Part shown: positions 18,924-28,791 of the stretch, piece after piece
Layout: each line of letters opens with the position of its first letter
Position numbering within the stretch: position 1 is the stretch's first letter
Assembly: GCA_045598545.1 (NCBI GenBank)
Contig: JAZLMI010000005.1
Coordinates: 7,665 to 71,664 of the forward strand
Source: Christensenellaceae bacterium
GTDB taxonomy: Bacteria > Bacillota > Clostridia > Christensenellales > Borkfalkiaceae
DNA length: 64,000 bases
Reading direction: 5' to 3'
The notes under the pieces: model-generated
What the model saw: only the letters and a program-made list of their open reading frames with translations
Told to the model about the DNA's origin: nothing
Database searches by the model: none
Made by a program: the position numbers and the translations under genes

Positions 18924-19052
18924 CTTTACTAATCTCTATTTTGAAGTTAGTCGCAAGGGTCAAAGCCCTCACACTTGTCAACGGAAATTATCTGCCTTTT
19001 TATAAGGATTTACAGTAACTTCCCGCATCAACCCAGATTACACAGCCTATAT

Positions 19053-19082
19053 ACTATATCATAGCAATCAAGGTATTGTCAA
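19053..19082 (-). promoter_or_regulatory. Sigma-A-like promoter upstream of the S10 leader
   Basis: On the minus strand: TTGACA (19082-19077), 18-nt spacer, TATAGT (19058-19053). Confidence 0.5.
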
Positions 19083-19108
19083 ACGATTTTAAGAGATTTT
19101 TTTAATTT

Positions 19109-20167
19109 TTATTTATTTTTTTTAGATTGTTTTTTGTAACGATTTATGCCTAAAATTATAAATAAAACGGATAAAATTGTCAAGCAAATAAATATTATAA
19201 GCGTAACGTTATAACTGATGCAATCTCCTTGCCATATTGAAAAATTTGCCGAAAACGGATTATAATCCACAGAATCTTCAAGACTTACTCCGGCATTTTC
19301 CAATATCGGAACAACGATATAGATACCTCCTAAACCCACGAAAAAATCCCAAAGTAATAAACTTAATCCCGCTTTAATAAAACGGTTGGTTTTTAGATAC
19401 CTTATAATAAGCACCGTAACTAAAGAAATAAAAAACACCAAAGAAGAAAAAGGCAAAGCAATATCAATAAACCAACTTCCGCCCACATATAAACATACGT
19501 ATAGAAGCATCAAAAGTAGTAATATAAAATCGGTTACTATACATATTAAAGCATTATGCTTTTTAATTGCTTTGGGAATAATAGTAGCCTTAGCAATTAT
19601 TATGGGTAAAAATATCACAATAAACCCGAAAAATATAGGAATCGCACTTATTAAAAACCATTTACCGCCCAAGTAAATATTGCATACCAAGAGTAATAGA
19701 AGTAAAGCCGTCAGTTCACTTAAAGGTATGAATATTATCCTTAAAGATTTTATATATTGCGGAATAGTCGTAAAAGTCGTAGACAGTAATATGGAGAACA
19801 ATACTATAAAAAACCAACTTAAAGTTTTATCTACTGCAAGATTAACTATAAAACAAGTAAACAATGCAATCCCATAGGATATATAAAAGAACAAATTCCA
19901 AGAAAAAGAAAGCGTTCTCCATTTTTTTGCCTGTATACTGTTAGTCCTCGTTAAATTGTCCACGCTCGCATTTATCAATTCGTGTTCTGTAACCCCTAAA
20001 ATTTCCGAAAGTTTACCCACCATAGATAAATCGGGGTGGGCCACGTCCTTTTCCCACTTGCTAACGGTCGACTCCGAAACGTATAACTCGTTTGCCAAAT
20101 CTTTTTGAGTTAAATTTTTCTCTCGCCTTTTTAGTTTCAAGAATTCGCCGAAACTCATATCGCTCAT
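19109..20167 (-). CDS. XRE-family HTH domain fused to a polytopic membrane domain
   Basis: The N-terminal 65 aa are a classic Cro/C1 HTH (LTQKDLANELYVSESTVSKWEKD). About 8 hydrophobic TM segments and a basic tail follow. Confidence 0.8.
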   Translation of the reverse strand: MSDMSFGEFLKLKRREKNLTQKDLANELYVSESTVSKWEKDVAHPDLSMVGKLSEILGVTEHELINASVDNLTRTNSIQAKKWRTLSFSWNLFFYISYGIALFTCFIVNLAVDKTLSWFFIVLFSILLSTTFTTIPQYIKSLRIIFIPLSELTALLLLLLVCNIYLGGKWFLISAIPIFFGFIVIFLPIIIAKATIIPKAIKKHNALICIVTDFILLLLMLLYVCLYVGGSWFIDIALPFSSLVFFISLVTVLIIRYLKTNRFIKAGLSLLLWDFFVGLGGIYIVVPILENAGVSLEDSVDYNPFSANFSIWQGDCISYNVTLIIFICLTILSVLFIILGINRYKKQSKKNK

Positions 20168-20278
20168 ATCTAATCTCCTATCGTTTCCGTTTGTGTCATT
20201 TTAACATAAAAATAAAATATATATAATATTATTGTAAAAATATAGAGCGGAAAAATATTCAAGTCTGTTTTTCAGCAT

Positions 20279-20310
20279 TAAAAATGCCGTTCAAAAGAAC
20301 GGCATTTAAT
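20279..20310 (-). terminator. Intrinsic terminator after clpX
   Basis: Stem AATGCCGTTC/GAACGGCATT with a 4-nt loop, followed by a U-run on the minus strand. Confidence 0.7.
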
Positions 20311-20311
20311 T

Positions 20312-21541
20312 TTATGCTATTTGTTTTTTTATTATTTTGGGTTTTTCGCCTTTTTCAACAACGTTTTCGTCTACGACTACTTTTTCTATATCTTTTTCTG
20401 TAGGCAAATCATACATAGTGTCTATCATAAGATTTTCTAAAATAGTTCTGAGTCCCCTTGCTCCCGTTTTTAATTGTATTGCTTTTTTAGCAACCGCATA
20501 TACGGCAGCGTCGGTTATTTCGAGTTCAACGTTATCTAAACCTATCAAACGCTTATACTGTTTAACGAGAGCGTTTTTGGGTTTCGTCATAATATTTACG
20601 AGTGCTTTTTCGTCTAAGGGGTGCAACTCTACCGCAATAGGAATTCTTCCGACAAACTCGGGAATCAGTCCGTATTTTATAAGGTCTTGCGGAGTAACTT
20701 CTCTTAAAGTTTCATACTCTCCCTCTTTTTTATGCTCAACGTTTCCGCCAAACCCTAAAGAAGCGTTCTCTTTTCTCTTTTTTATAATGTCGTCAAGTCC
20801 TACGAACGCCCCACCGCAAATAAATAAAATGTTACTCGTATCTATCCTTAAACACTCTTGTTGCGGGTGTTTTCTGCCCCCTTGCGGAGGAACGCTTGCA
20901 ACAGTACTTTCAATGATTTTTAAAAGAGCTTGTTGAACGCCTTCGCCCGAAACGTCCCTCGTTATAGAAACGTTTTCGGATTTCCTTGCAATTTTATCTA
21001 TTTCGTCTATATAGACAATACCTTTTTGTGCCTTTTCGATATCGTAATCGGCATTTTGAATAAGTTTTAATAGAATATTCTCAACGTCTTCGCCAACGTA
21101 TCCCGCCTCGGTTAAAGTCGTAGCGTCTGCAACCGCAAACGGCACGTCTAAAATTTTAGCAAGAGTCTTCGCAAGCAACGTCTTCCCCGAACCCGTAGGC
21201 CCTAAAAGAAGAATATTGCTCTTATCAAGTTCCACTTCGCTCTTATCTATCGCTCCTATTCTCTTATAATGATTATAGACTGCGACAGAAAGGACTTTCT
21301 TCGCCTCTTCCTGTCCAACGATATATTCGTCTAATTTTTCTTTTATCTCTACCGGCTTTAAGAGTTTAAAATGGCTCTCTTCCTTTGCCTTTTTATTGTT
21401 TTCGGCTATAACTTCACAACAAATGTCAACGCATTCGTCACAAATATAAATGCCGTTAGGCCCTGCTATAAGATTTTTTACAATGTCTTTCGGCTTTCCG
21501 CAAAAAGAGCAAAAAATTTGTTCGTTTTCGTTATTCTTCAT
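20312..21541 (-). CDS. clpX: ATP-dependent Clp protease ATP-binding subunit ClpX
   Basis: N-terminal zinc finger CSFCGK...CDEC. Walker A GPTGSGKT, Walker [11 protein letters not shown]-like loop region. Confidence 0.97.
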   Translation of the reverse strand: MKNNENEQIFCSFCGKPKDIVKNLIAGPNGIYICDECVDICCEVIAENNKKAKEESHFKLLKPVEIKEKLDEYIVGQEEAKKVLSVAVYNHYKRIGAIDKSEVELDKSNILLLGPTGSGKTLLAKTLAKILDVPFAVADATTLTEAGYVGEDVENILLKLIQNADYDIEKAQKGIVYIDEIDKIARKSENVSITRDVSGEGVQQALLKIIESTVASVPPQGGRKHPQQECLRIDTSNILFICGGAFVGLDDIIKKRKENASLGFGGNVEHKKEGEYETLREVTPQDLIKYGLIPEFVGRIPIAVELHPLDEKALVNIMTKPKNALVKQYKRLIGLDNVELEITDAAVYAVAKKAIQLKTGARGLRTILENLMIDTMYDLPTEKDIEKVVVDENVVEKGEKPKIIKKQIA

Positions 21542-21557
21542 TATATCTCCGCTATCA

Positions 21558-22154
21558 TTACGGACGCCTTACGAATATCTCGTCTATAAGCCCGTATTCT
21601 TTTGCTTCTTCTGCCGACAAATAATTATCTCTATCGGTGTCTTTTTCCACTATCTCGTAAGGCTTACCGCTGTTTGAAGCAAGTATCGAATTCAAACGTT
21701 GTTTAGTCTTTATAATATGGTCTGCTTGAATTTTAATGTCGCTTGCCTGACCTTGAGCCCCACCCAAAGGCTGATGTATCATTATCTCGGAATTCGGAAG
21801 AGCGTAGCGTTTACCCTTTGCTCCACTTGATAATAAAAACGCACCCATACTTGCCGCAAGACCTATACAAATAGTCGAAACGTCGCATTTTATATAGTTC
21901 ATCGTGTCGTAAATCGCAAGTCCTGCCGTTACGCTTCCACCCGGCGAATTGATATAAAGACATATATCTTTGTTGGGGTCTTTACCTTCTAAATATATAA
22001 GTTGTGCCACTACGGAATCCGCAACAGCGTCGGTAATTTCTCCCGTTAAAAAAATAATTCTGTCTTCTAATAATCTCGAATATATATCGTAACTTCTTTC
22101 GCCCTTACCGGTATTCTCTATTACGTAAGGCACTACGGTGTTTTTTATTTCCAT
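21558..22154 (-). CDS. clpP: ATP-dependent Clp protease proteolytic subunit
   Basis: 198 aa. Catalytic context G.AASMG (Ser), MIHQP (His), RD..L.A.EA..YGL.D. Confidence 0.97.
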   Translation of the reverse strand: MEIKNTVVPYVIENTGKGERSYDIYSRLLEDRIIFLTGEITDAVADSVVAQLIYLEGKDPNKDICLYINSPGGSVTAGLAIYDTMNYIKCDVSTICIGLAASMGAFLLSSGAKGKRYALPNSEIMIHQPLGGAQGQASDIKIQADHIIKTKQRLNSILASNSGKPYEIVEKDTDRDNYLSAEEAKEYGLIDEIFVRRP

Positions 22155-22180
22155 ACCCTTTTTTGTCTCCGTTTTTTATT

Positions 22181-23467
22181 TTACTCTATCGTGTTAGAGT
22201 TTTTAAGCATATCGAACAATTTTTTAATTATAATTTCGTTCTTTATATAATCTAATTGGCGAGGATTGGTGTTCTTTTTGATTTCCGGAACTTTCTTTCC
22301 TTGAGATTTTGCCATTTCTTCAAGTTTTGCGTTAACATCTTCTTCAGTCGCTTCGATTTTTTCGGTTTCTATAATGTTTTCGATTACCAACTGTTGTTTA
22401 ACGTAATTTTCAGATTGTTCTTTATAATCTTTTCTCAAATCTTCCATAGTCTTGTTGGTATACTTTAAGTAGTCTTGAAGTTTAAGCCCTTGGTAAGACA
22501 TACGGTATTCCATTTCTTGAATCATACGGTCGATTTGATTTTCAATTAAAGCGTCGGGAATAACTACTTCGGTAGCATCCGTTATCTTCTTAACAATCTC
22601 GTCTTCTATTTCTCTTTCCGCTCTTTCGTCGTTCTGTTTTTGAAGTCTCTCTTTTGTTTCTTTCTTATACGCTTCTACACTTTCCGCACCGACTGCGTCT
22701 TTAATGAATTCGTCGGTAACTTCGGGAAGTTCTTTTATCTTTATTTCGTGAAGTTTAATATGGAATACGGAATCTTTACCTTTAAGATTTTCCGCACCGT
22801 AATCGTCGGGGAATTTAACGTTTATATCTTTTTCTTCGCCCAACTTCATACCGATAATTTGTTCTTCAAATCCCGGTATAAAAGTTTTAGAACCGATAAC
22901 CAAAGTTTGTTTTTCGGCAGTACCGCCTTCGAACTTAACCCCGTCTACCGAACCCGAATAATCGATTATGGTAGTATCTCCGTCTTTAACCGCTCTATCC
23001 TTTACGTCTACCAAACGAGAATTCCTTTCTTGTAAACGCTTAATTTCGGCTTCAACGTCTTCTTCATTAACATTATACTCAATTTTCTTTAACTTTATAC
23101 CCTTATATTGACCAAGTTTCATTTCGGGTTTTACGGGTACTATCGCTATAATAGAAATACCCTTATCGCTTATATCCTTTATATCAACGTCGGGATTAGC
23201 AACTGCTTCGATAGAAGTTTCCTTTTGTAAAACTTCGCCGTAATATTTCGGGAAAGCACCGTTAATGGCATCTTCGAAAAACATTCCTTTACCGTAAGCC
23301 CCTTCTAAAAGATGGCGAGGAACTTTTCCCTTTCTGAATCCGGGTAAAGAATATTTACCTTTATTCTTTTCATAAGCTTCGTTAATGGCTTCGTTCCATT
23401 CTTTTGCATCGAGATTGATGGTAACTTTTACAGTGCTTTTTTCACCTTTTTCAAACGTATATTTCAT
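22181..23467 (-). CDS. tig: Trigger factor
   Basis: 428 aa. GFRKGKVP signature in the N-domain, a central FKBP-like domain, and the conserved tig-clpP-clpX order. Confidence 0.95.
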   Translation of the reverse strand: MKYTFEKGEKSTVKVTINLDAKEWNEAINEAYEKNKGKYSLPGFRKGKVPRHLLEGAYGKGMFFEDAINGAFPKYYGEVLQKETSIEAVANPDVDIKDISDKGISIIAIVPVKPEMKLGQYKGIKLKKIEYNVNEEDVEAEIKRLQERNSRLVDVKDRAVKDGDTTIIDYSGSVDGVKFEGGTAEKQTLVIGSKTFIPGFEEQIIGMKLGEEKDINVKFPDDYGAENLKGKDSVFHIKLHEIKIKELPEVTDEFIKDAVGAESVEAYKKETKERLQKQNDERAEREIEDEIVKKITDATEVVIPDALIENQIDRMIQEMEYRMSYQGLKLQDYLKYTNKTMEDLRKDYKEQSENYVKQQLVIENIIETEKIEATEEDVNAKLEEMAKSQGKKVPEIKKNTNPRQLDYIKNEIIIKKLFDMLKNSNTIE

Positions 23468-23556
23468 AATGTTCTCCTGTTTACATAAAAATTCTATGTT
23501 ATTGTATCACAACAAAAAATAAAAGGCAACGCTTTTTAAGTCTTTTAAGGGCGATT

Positions 23557-25242
23557 TTATTCCTTTTTTAAAAACTCTTCGTGAAAATCGGGTTTTACTA
23601 CTACTGATTTAAAATCCGTATAGGTACAAAAACCGATTGCACTTTTGGGCGGTTTTTTAACGTGCTTTTTCAAAGTATAAACGACTTCTACGTTTCCCGT
23701 ATCTCTACACTTACTAAAATAAGCACATAGCTCCGAAGCAAATAATACTACCTTTTCGGGGACTTCTTTATTTTCGGTAGATATAACAACGTGAGAAGAG
23801 TGATAATCTTTAACGTGTAGCCAAATATCTTCCGGTTTGGAAGAAAAAGTCAATTTATCGTTTTCAAAATTATTTCTTCCGCACCTTATAATAAATCCAG
23901 AATAATTATAAGTTCTGTATTTTGAAGACTCTATTTTTTTCTTTAAATTTTTAGGTTTATCTATTAAACCCGCTTCTTCCATTTCGTTTTGAACGAGTAA
24001 AAGGTCTTCAATATCTTTTGATAAACAAATTTCTTCTAAAACGCTTTCTAAATATTTTAACTCGCTTTCCGCTTGTTCTTTTTGCGGAACAATCGCTATA
24101 ACGGTTCTCTTCTTTTTAGCATATTTTTTATAATAGGCTTCGGCATTATCCGCCACAGAAATATTTTCATTTAAAGATATAACTATTTTAGACCCGTCAT
24201 AATAATTTTCGAGTTCGACTTCCTTTACACCTTTTTCTATTTTGTAAATATTGGCAAGCAAAATTTCGCCCTTTAACCTATTCACTTCGGCATCTTTAGC
24301 GTCCGTATATTTACCGTTTATTAAAGAAAGCCTTTTTTTAACCTTCTTCATTTTGGAAGAAATTATACTCTTTAATCTTTCCGCTTTTAATTCAAATTGT
24401 TTATTTTCTTCCTTTACGGAAAAATAAAAATTCTCCGCCTGATATAAAGCATTAAAAAACTTAAATTTCCCCTTAACCGAATAAGGATAAACGAACACGT
24501 CTTTTACTTTTTCATCTTCATATAAAACGCAAGGATTAGGAACTGTGTTAAATAAAAACTTATTTAGAAAATCAAAAAATTCTTTTCCGTTTCCCGTTAA
24601 AGGTTTATTAAACTTTTTGGCAATTTCATTTGCGGTATCAAAGGCAATTCCTTGAACGCCTTTGCAAATATAATCTGGTATGTTCTCCGAATCGCAAACA
24701 TCAAAATATTCGATAAGTGATATATCGGTAGGAAGTTTTTTATCGTTTGTCGGGGGAAAAACGTAAGATTTTCCTACTATTAACGGTCTAACTCCGTTAT
24801 CGAACATATTTATTCCCCTGTTCGCACCCAAAACTTTTCCGTTTTCGGTAAGAATAATGTTACTGTATCTTCCCATAAGTTCAATAAAAAGCGTTTTTAC
24901 TACCGAATCGGAAAACTCCGAAGAAGATAAAAAATCTATTTTAACTATTCTATCAAAACCTATTAAAGATAAATCTGTTATTTCGGAAGATAAAAGATGT
25001 TTTCTTAAAAGCATACAAAAATTAGACGCAGTTAAAGGACTTTCCTTGTCGTTTTCTATAATTCCTATCCTCGGAGAGGAAGGATTGACGGACAAAAAAA
25101 GTTTTTCGGTGTTTTTACCCGTGTAGACTGTAAATATCGCCTCGTCGTTATTCGGACAAATTATTCTATTAACCTTGCCCGAAACAAAAACGGACTTTAA
25201 TTCCGAACACAAATATTTTAACGTGTAAGCGTCTTGTGGCAT
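23557..25242 (-). CDS. rqcH: NFACT-family ribosome quality control protein (RqcH/FbpA-like)
   Basis: 561 aa. NFACT-N (D....L..EL...L..G.....I), coiled-coil middle, NFACT-R C-terminus (HV.......SHVVI). The start overlaps the upstream stop (TAATG). Confidence 0.8.
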   Translation of the reverse strand: MPQDAYTLKYLCSELKSVFVSGKVNRIICPNNDEAIFTVYTGKNTEKLFLSVNPSSPRIGIIENDKESPLTASNFCMLLRKHLLSSEITDLSLIGFDRIVKIDFLSSSEFSDSVVKTLFIELMGRYSNIILTENGKVLGANRGINMFDNGVRPLIVGKSYVFPPTNDKKLPTDISLIEYFDVCDSENIPDYICKGVQGIAFDTANEIAKKFNKPLTGNGKEFFDFLNKFLFNTVPNPCVLYEDEKVKDVFVYPYSVKGKFKFFNALYQAENFYFSVKEENKQFELKAERLKSIISSKMKKVKKRLSLINGKYTDAKDAEVNRLKGEILLANIYKIEKGVKEVELENYYDGSKIVISLNENISVADNAEAYYKKYAKKKRTVIAIVPQKEQAESELKYLESVLEEICLSKDIEDLLLVQNEMEEAGLIDKPKNLKKKIESSKYRTYNYSGFIIRCGRNNFENDKLTFSSKPEDIWLHVKDYHSSHVVISTENKEVPEKVVLFASELCAYFSKCRDTGNVEVVYTLKKHVKKPPKSAIGFCTYTDFKSVVVKPDFHEEFLKKE

Positions 25243-26054
25243 TATTTCTCCAAAACAAATTCTTTTTTATCTAAATATTTTAAAAACGAACTACTATCAA
25301 AATGCAAAACCAATCTGTTTGAAATGAGTTTTTGCGTTTTCACCTTCATTTTTTTATTAAATTCGTTATCCCCGTATTTACCGTCGCCGATTATAGGGTG
25401 TCCGATAAACGCAAGATGGGCTCTTATTTGATGAGTTTTTCCCGTAAATAAACAAACTTCGAGTAGCGTTGTATCCGTATTTTCTTTAATTACTTTATAA
25501 CCCGTTTTTATCTCTACCGAATTTTTAACTTTTTTAGGGAAAATTTTAACTACCGATTGTTCTTCGTCCTTTAATAGGTAAGAAGTTAAAACGTCTTCCT
25601 TTTTAGGCATTTTACCCATAACTTCGGCATAGTAAAATTTTTCGAAAGTACGTTTTTTAAAACCCGATAATAATTCTTTTTCCGCTTCTTTATTCAATGC
25701 GAAAATCATAATACCGGAGGTGTTTCTATCCAGCCTATGAATAAATTTCACGGAAGGATAAGCGGAACATAAATCGCTAAAAACCTCTTCCGAAGTGTAT
25801 CCGCTCCTTTTATTTATAACTATGACGTTATCGTCTTTGTAAAGAGTTAAAAATTTTTCTTTTTTTGGCGGATTATAAAATATTTCCACCTTGTCGCCTA
25901 CAAATAAATCTACGTCTTTCGATATTCTCTTTCCGTTTACTTTTATTTGCTTTGTCCTAAGCAATTTACAAAAAGAAGAATAAGATAAATCTTGCGAAAA
26001 GAAGGAAAAAGTTTTTGACAATTTACGGTTTTTATCCGAGATAAAAGTTATCAT
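25242..26054 (-). CDS. RluA-family pseudouridine synthase with N-terminal S4-like domain
   Basis: HRLDRNTSG catalytic motif and GKTHQIR motif. 270 aa. Confidence 0.88.
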   Translation of the reverse strand: MITFISDKNRKLSKTFSFFSQDLSYSSFCKLLRTKQIKVNGKRISKDVDLFVGDKVEIFYNPPKKEKFLTLYKDDNVIVINKRSGYTSEEVFSDLCSAYPSVKFIHRLDRNTSGIMIFALNKEAEKELLSGFKKRTFEKFYYAEVMGKMPKKEDVLTSYLLKDEEQSVVKIFPKKVKNSVEIKTGYKVIKENTDTTLLEVCLFTGKTHQIRAHLAFIGHPIIGDGKYGDNEFNKKMKVKTQKLISNRLVLHFDSSSFLKYLDKKEFVLEK

Positions 26055-26065
26055 TTTAACCTACT

Positions 26066-26098
26066 TAAAAAAAGGACTTCGGAAAACCCGAAGCCCTT
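26066..26098 (-). terminator. Intrinsic terminator after the 26112-28040 gene
   Basis: On the minus strand: GGGCUUCGGG-UUUUC-CGAAGUCC followed by U7/U8. Confidence 0.75.
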
Positions 26099-26111
26099 TA
26101 ATATGATTTTT

Positions 26112-28040
26112 TTATTTACTGCTCGTATCCTCTTCCTCTTCTACGGCTTCTTTAGGTTTAATGAAAAGCAATACGACTATTCCTATTAAACACAACACGC
26201 CGATTCCCAAGAAGATTACCGAAGTAATGTGGTCTTTAAACCAATTTTCGTAAGGATAAACAACGGTTTTTGACTTTTGAACTTTAATTATTGTAGATTT
26301 AGATACAGCCCTTGTTGCCGAAGCCTTTGAAGAAACGGTACAAGTAATCTTATACGCACCTTTTTTGTTAGGAGTGAAAGTAAGTTCTCCGTCATAATTA
26401 ACTTCTTTGTTAGACTTTTCTATTTCAACCCAATCATCCGAATCTTCGTTTGCGTTTACGTTAGAATTGTAATAAAGTTTATAATCTATATTGAATCCGG
26501 AAGCATCGATGTCAAATGCGGAAGACTTATATTTCGTACCTATAAAACCTTCGCCTTGACTATCTACAACGGTAAGTATTATCGGAGCGTCGTCGTCAAC
26601 GTGGAAACTAAACACGAAGTTATGATACATTTCTTCATCACTAATAATATCTTTGCCATCTTCCGTGGTAACAAAATCTTCCTTTTCCATAGCGTTATTA
26701 CTTTCGTCCGTAAACACTACGTAGAAAACGTAATTCCCTGCCTCTTTCAACGTGAAAGATAAGGAAGAAGTATTGCCGGAATTAGCCGTTGTAGGAGCGG
26801 TGTAATAAACAGTCTTTTTCAAAGAAGAATAACCTGTAAAATCGTCGTAAACCAAACTACTCATATCGGGGATAGAAATACTGTTTCCTAAAACTACCGA
26901 GTGAGCGGGAACATCCCCTTCAGCCTCTACGAAATATTGTTTTTTCAAAGATGCAATAAAACTTTCGTAAGCCTCGCTATCTTTATCTAAATCATAATAT
27001 TTAGGAGCGGTAGTATCCGCACTACTGTTAAATACGTCTACAAAATATTCTTCGTATGCCGTTTCTTCAGCATTTACTTTAGAAACGACTTTAAATGAAA
27101 ATTCTCCAACCCCGTTAAACTGAATAGAAGTGGGTTTATCCATTGAAGCAAGCCAAATATTGCAATCGGAAGGAATTTCTCCTTTTACCAAATACAAACT
27201 ACTGCTCGTTACGTTTCCGAAGAAAGAATAAGCGTTCATAGAAACGGTATATTTAGTTCCGTTATACTTTTTAAGTTCATAAGCGTTTCCGGTATTAGTG
27301 AAGAAATTTTCATCTATGACTACCATAGGATAAGCACGTTCGATATTTGTAGTATTATCGCATTCGAAGTTTTGTTTATACTTATGTTCGCCGTCGGAAA
27401 CTTTTTGGTCTATACTCTTTATAGAAAAATCGGGAGTTTCACTTTCTTCTACACCGAAAACAAATTCCATATCGGTAGCAACGGTTTTATCAACCGTTTT
27501 TACTTTATAATAACTATTCGTTTCGGTAAAATCCCAAGAATTTACCGAGAATTTAAAGAAATTATCAATAACGTTAATGCTTATCGTAATTTCCCCGTCA
27601 TTAATAGCATTTTCAGAAACGGAATTATCGTTTACCTTAATGTTCCAACTCGCTTCGTTACGGGTAAGAATAAGTTTATTAACTATATTTGTATCAAACT
27701 CTCCGTTAGAATTTTTATTTCCGGTAGAAATATAAGATTTAGCGGTAACGTTAAAGGTAAGTTGATTTATCTTTTGGGAAATTTCCCCTAATTCGATTGC
27801 AAAATCGTCTACAACAAAATCGTTTTTAAATTTCAAATTATTACCGTCTGCAACCTTAACTACCAAAGCATTATTTTTGAATTCTGCCGAGTTAAAACTT
27901 CCGCTAACGTAAGAACTAGCCAACGTGCTTTCTGCTTTTACGACGTGAGAGTTAAAACCGAAAGACAAGAAAAATGCCGTTACAGATAACACGAACGCCA
28001 CAATAAGAGTTAAAATTTTATAGGATTTAGCTGTTTTCAT
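26112..28040 (-). CDS. Large secreted, C-terminally membrane-anchored protein of unknown function
   Basis: I prefer the start MKTAKSYK (ATG 28040, AAGGAG upstream), because the consensus promoter overlaps the longer start. It has a signal/anchor segment, about 590 aa of Asn/Ser/Thr-rich beta-type sequence, one C-terminal TM and an acidic tail (EEEEDTSSK). Confidence 0.7.
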   Translation of the reverse strand: MKTAKSYKILTLIVAFVLSVTAFFLSFGFNSHVVKAESTLASSYVSGSFNSAEFKNNALVVKVADGNNLKFKNDFVVDDFAIELGEISQKINQLTFNVTAKSYISTGNKNSNGEFDTNIVNKLILTRNEASWNIKVNDNSVSENAINDGEITISINVIDNFFKFSVNSWDFTETNSYYKVKTVDKTVATDMEFVFGVEESETPDFSIKSIDQKVSDGEHKYKQNFECDNTTNIERAYPMVVIDENFFTNTGNAYELKKYNGTKYTVSMNAYSFFGNVTSSSLYLVKGEIPSDCNIWLASMDKPTSIQFNGVGEFSFKVVSKVNAEETAYEEYFVDVFNSSADTTAPKYYDLDKDSEAYESFIASLKKQYFVEAEGDVPAHSVVLGNSISIPDMSSLVYDDFTGYSSLKKTVYYTAPTTANSGNTSSLSFTLKEAGNYVFYVVFTDESNNAMEKEDFVTTEDGKDIISDEEMYHNFVFSFHVDDDAPIILTVVDSQGEGFIGTKYKSSAFDIDASGFNIDYKLYYNSNVNANEDSDDWVEIEKSNKEVNYDGELTFTPNKKGAYKITCTVSSKASATRAVSKSTIIKVQKSKTVVYPYENWFKDHITSVIFLGIGVLCLIGIVVLLFIKPKEAVEEEEDTSSK

Positions 28041-28079
28041 AATAAGCCTAATACTCCTTATATACACTGTATCTATCAT

Positions 28080-28108
28080 ATTTTACACAAAAAAACAGGC
28101 TTTGTCAA
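28080..28108 (-). promoter_or_regulatory. Consensus sigma-A promoter of the 26112-28040 gene
   Basis: On the minus strand: TTGACA (28108-28103), 17-nt spacer, TAAAAT (28085-28080). Confidence 0.6.
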
Positions 28109-28222
28109 TTTACTTTTGAAAGTTTTTAAATAAAAGTACTTTTATTTATGATATTTATATAAAAATTTCTTTTTAACAAAAGACTTTTTTAGAGAATATA
28201 ATGGATTAAAGGCGAATTACAA

Positions 28223-28753
28223 ATGATTTATTTTTTATTGCTTACGGCGTTTACGGTAAGTATAGATTCTTTTGTTTGCGGATTTTCTCTCGCATTATTA
28301 AAGGGCAAAAAGATTTATATAGTTTTGACGATAGCAGTTACCGTTTTTATAATGTGTCTTATAACCAATTTTGCGGCAACGTTACTTTCGGGATTTTTAA
28401 CTGAAAAAACGGCAAATCTCGGAGGATTGCTTTTAATATTCGTTGGGATATATAACCTTTTCAAAAAGGATACCGAAGGCAAAAAAAATACGGACGACGG
28501 ATTTTTAAGAGCGTTAACTACGGGAATAGCCGTCGGTTTAGACGGGGCTATGGCAAATCTCTCATTATCACTTATGGGGCTAAATCAAATTTACGTTCCG
28601 ATAATTATAGCGTCTATGCACGCCCTAATGATAACTTTCGGAATACTTCTATCAAAAACAACGATTTCTAAAAAAATTATGAAGTTCGGTTTTGTTCCGC
28701 CTTTAATACTAATAATGCTTGGAACTTATAAAGTTCTTTGCGTTTTCATATAA
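28223..28753 (+). CDS. DUF204 membrane protein (MntP manganese exporter / sporulation YtaF family)
   Basis: 176 aa, about 6 TM, with an internally duplicated ..S.D.F..G.. / ..G.D....N motif typical of DUF204. Confidence 0.7.
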   Translation: MIYFLLLTAFTVSIDSFVCGFSLALLKGKKIYIVLTIAVTVFIMCLITNFAATLLSGFLTEKTANLGGLLLIFVGIYNLFKKDTEGKKNTDDGFLRALTTGIAVGLDGAMANLSLSLMGLNQIYVPIIIASMHALMITFGILLSKTTISKKIMKFGFVPPLILIMLGTYKVLCVFI

Positions 28754-28755
28754 AG

Positions 28756-28791
28756 ACGCCCGCTTTTAATAAAGCGGGCGTAAGATTTTTT
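28756..28791. terminator. Bidirectional intrinsic terminator between two convergent genes
   Basis: 11-bp stem ACGCCCGCTTT/AAAGCGGGCGT with loop TAAT (28756-28781), then a T-run at 28786-28791. Confidence 0.8.

Noticed and set aside
20337-20936. Long antisense ORFs in the track. Examples: 20337-20936 +, 1066-1518 +, 37415-37984 +, 38277-38783 +, 39379-39816 -, 45594-45995 +, 50458-50934 +, 61012-61293 -, 13496-13906 +.
   Set aside because: Each lies opposite a gene with unmistakable family motifs. They have low-complexity, Phe/Ser/Leu-rich translations typical of the antisense frame of AT-rich genes, and they have no SD.
28080-28222. yybP-ykoY manganese riboswitch upstream of the DUF204/MntP-like gene.
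   Set aside because: The spacer is almost pure A/T with no conserved four-way-junction motifs or GC helices. Only promoter-like hexamers are present.
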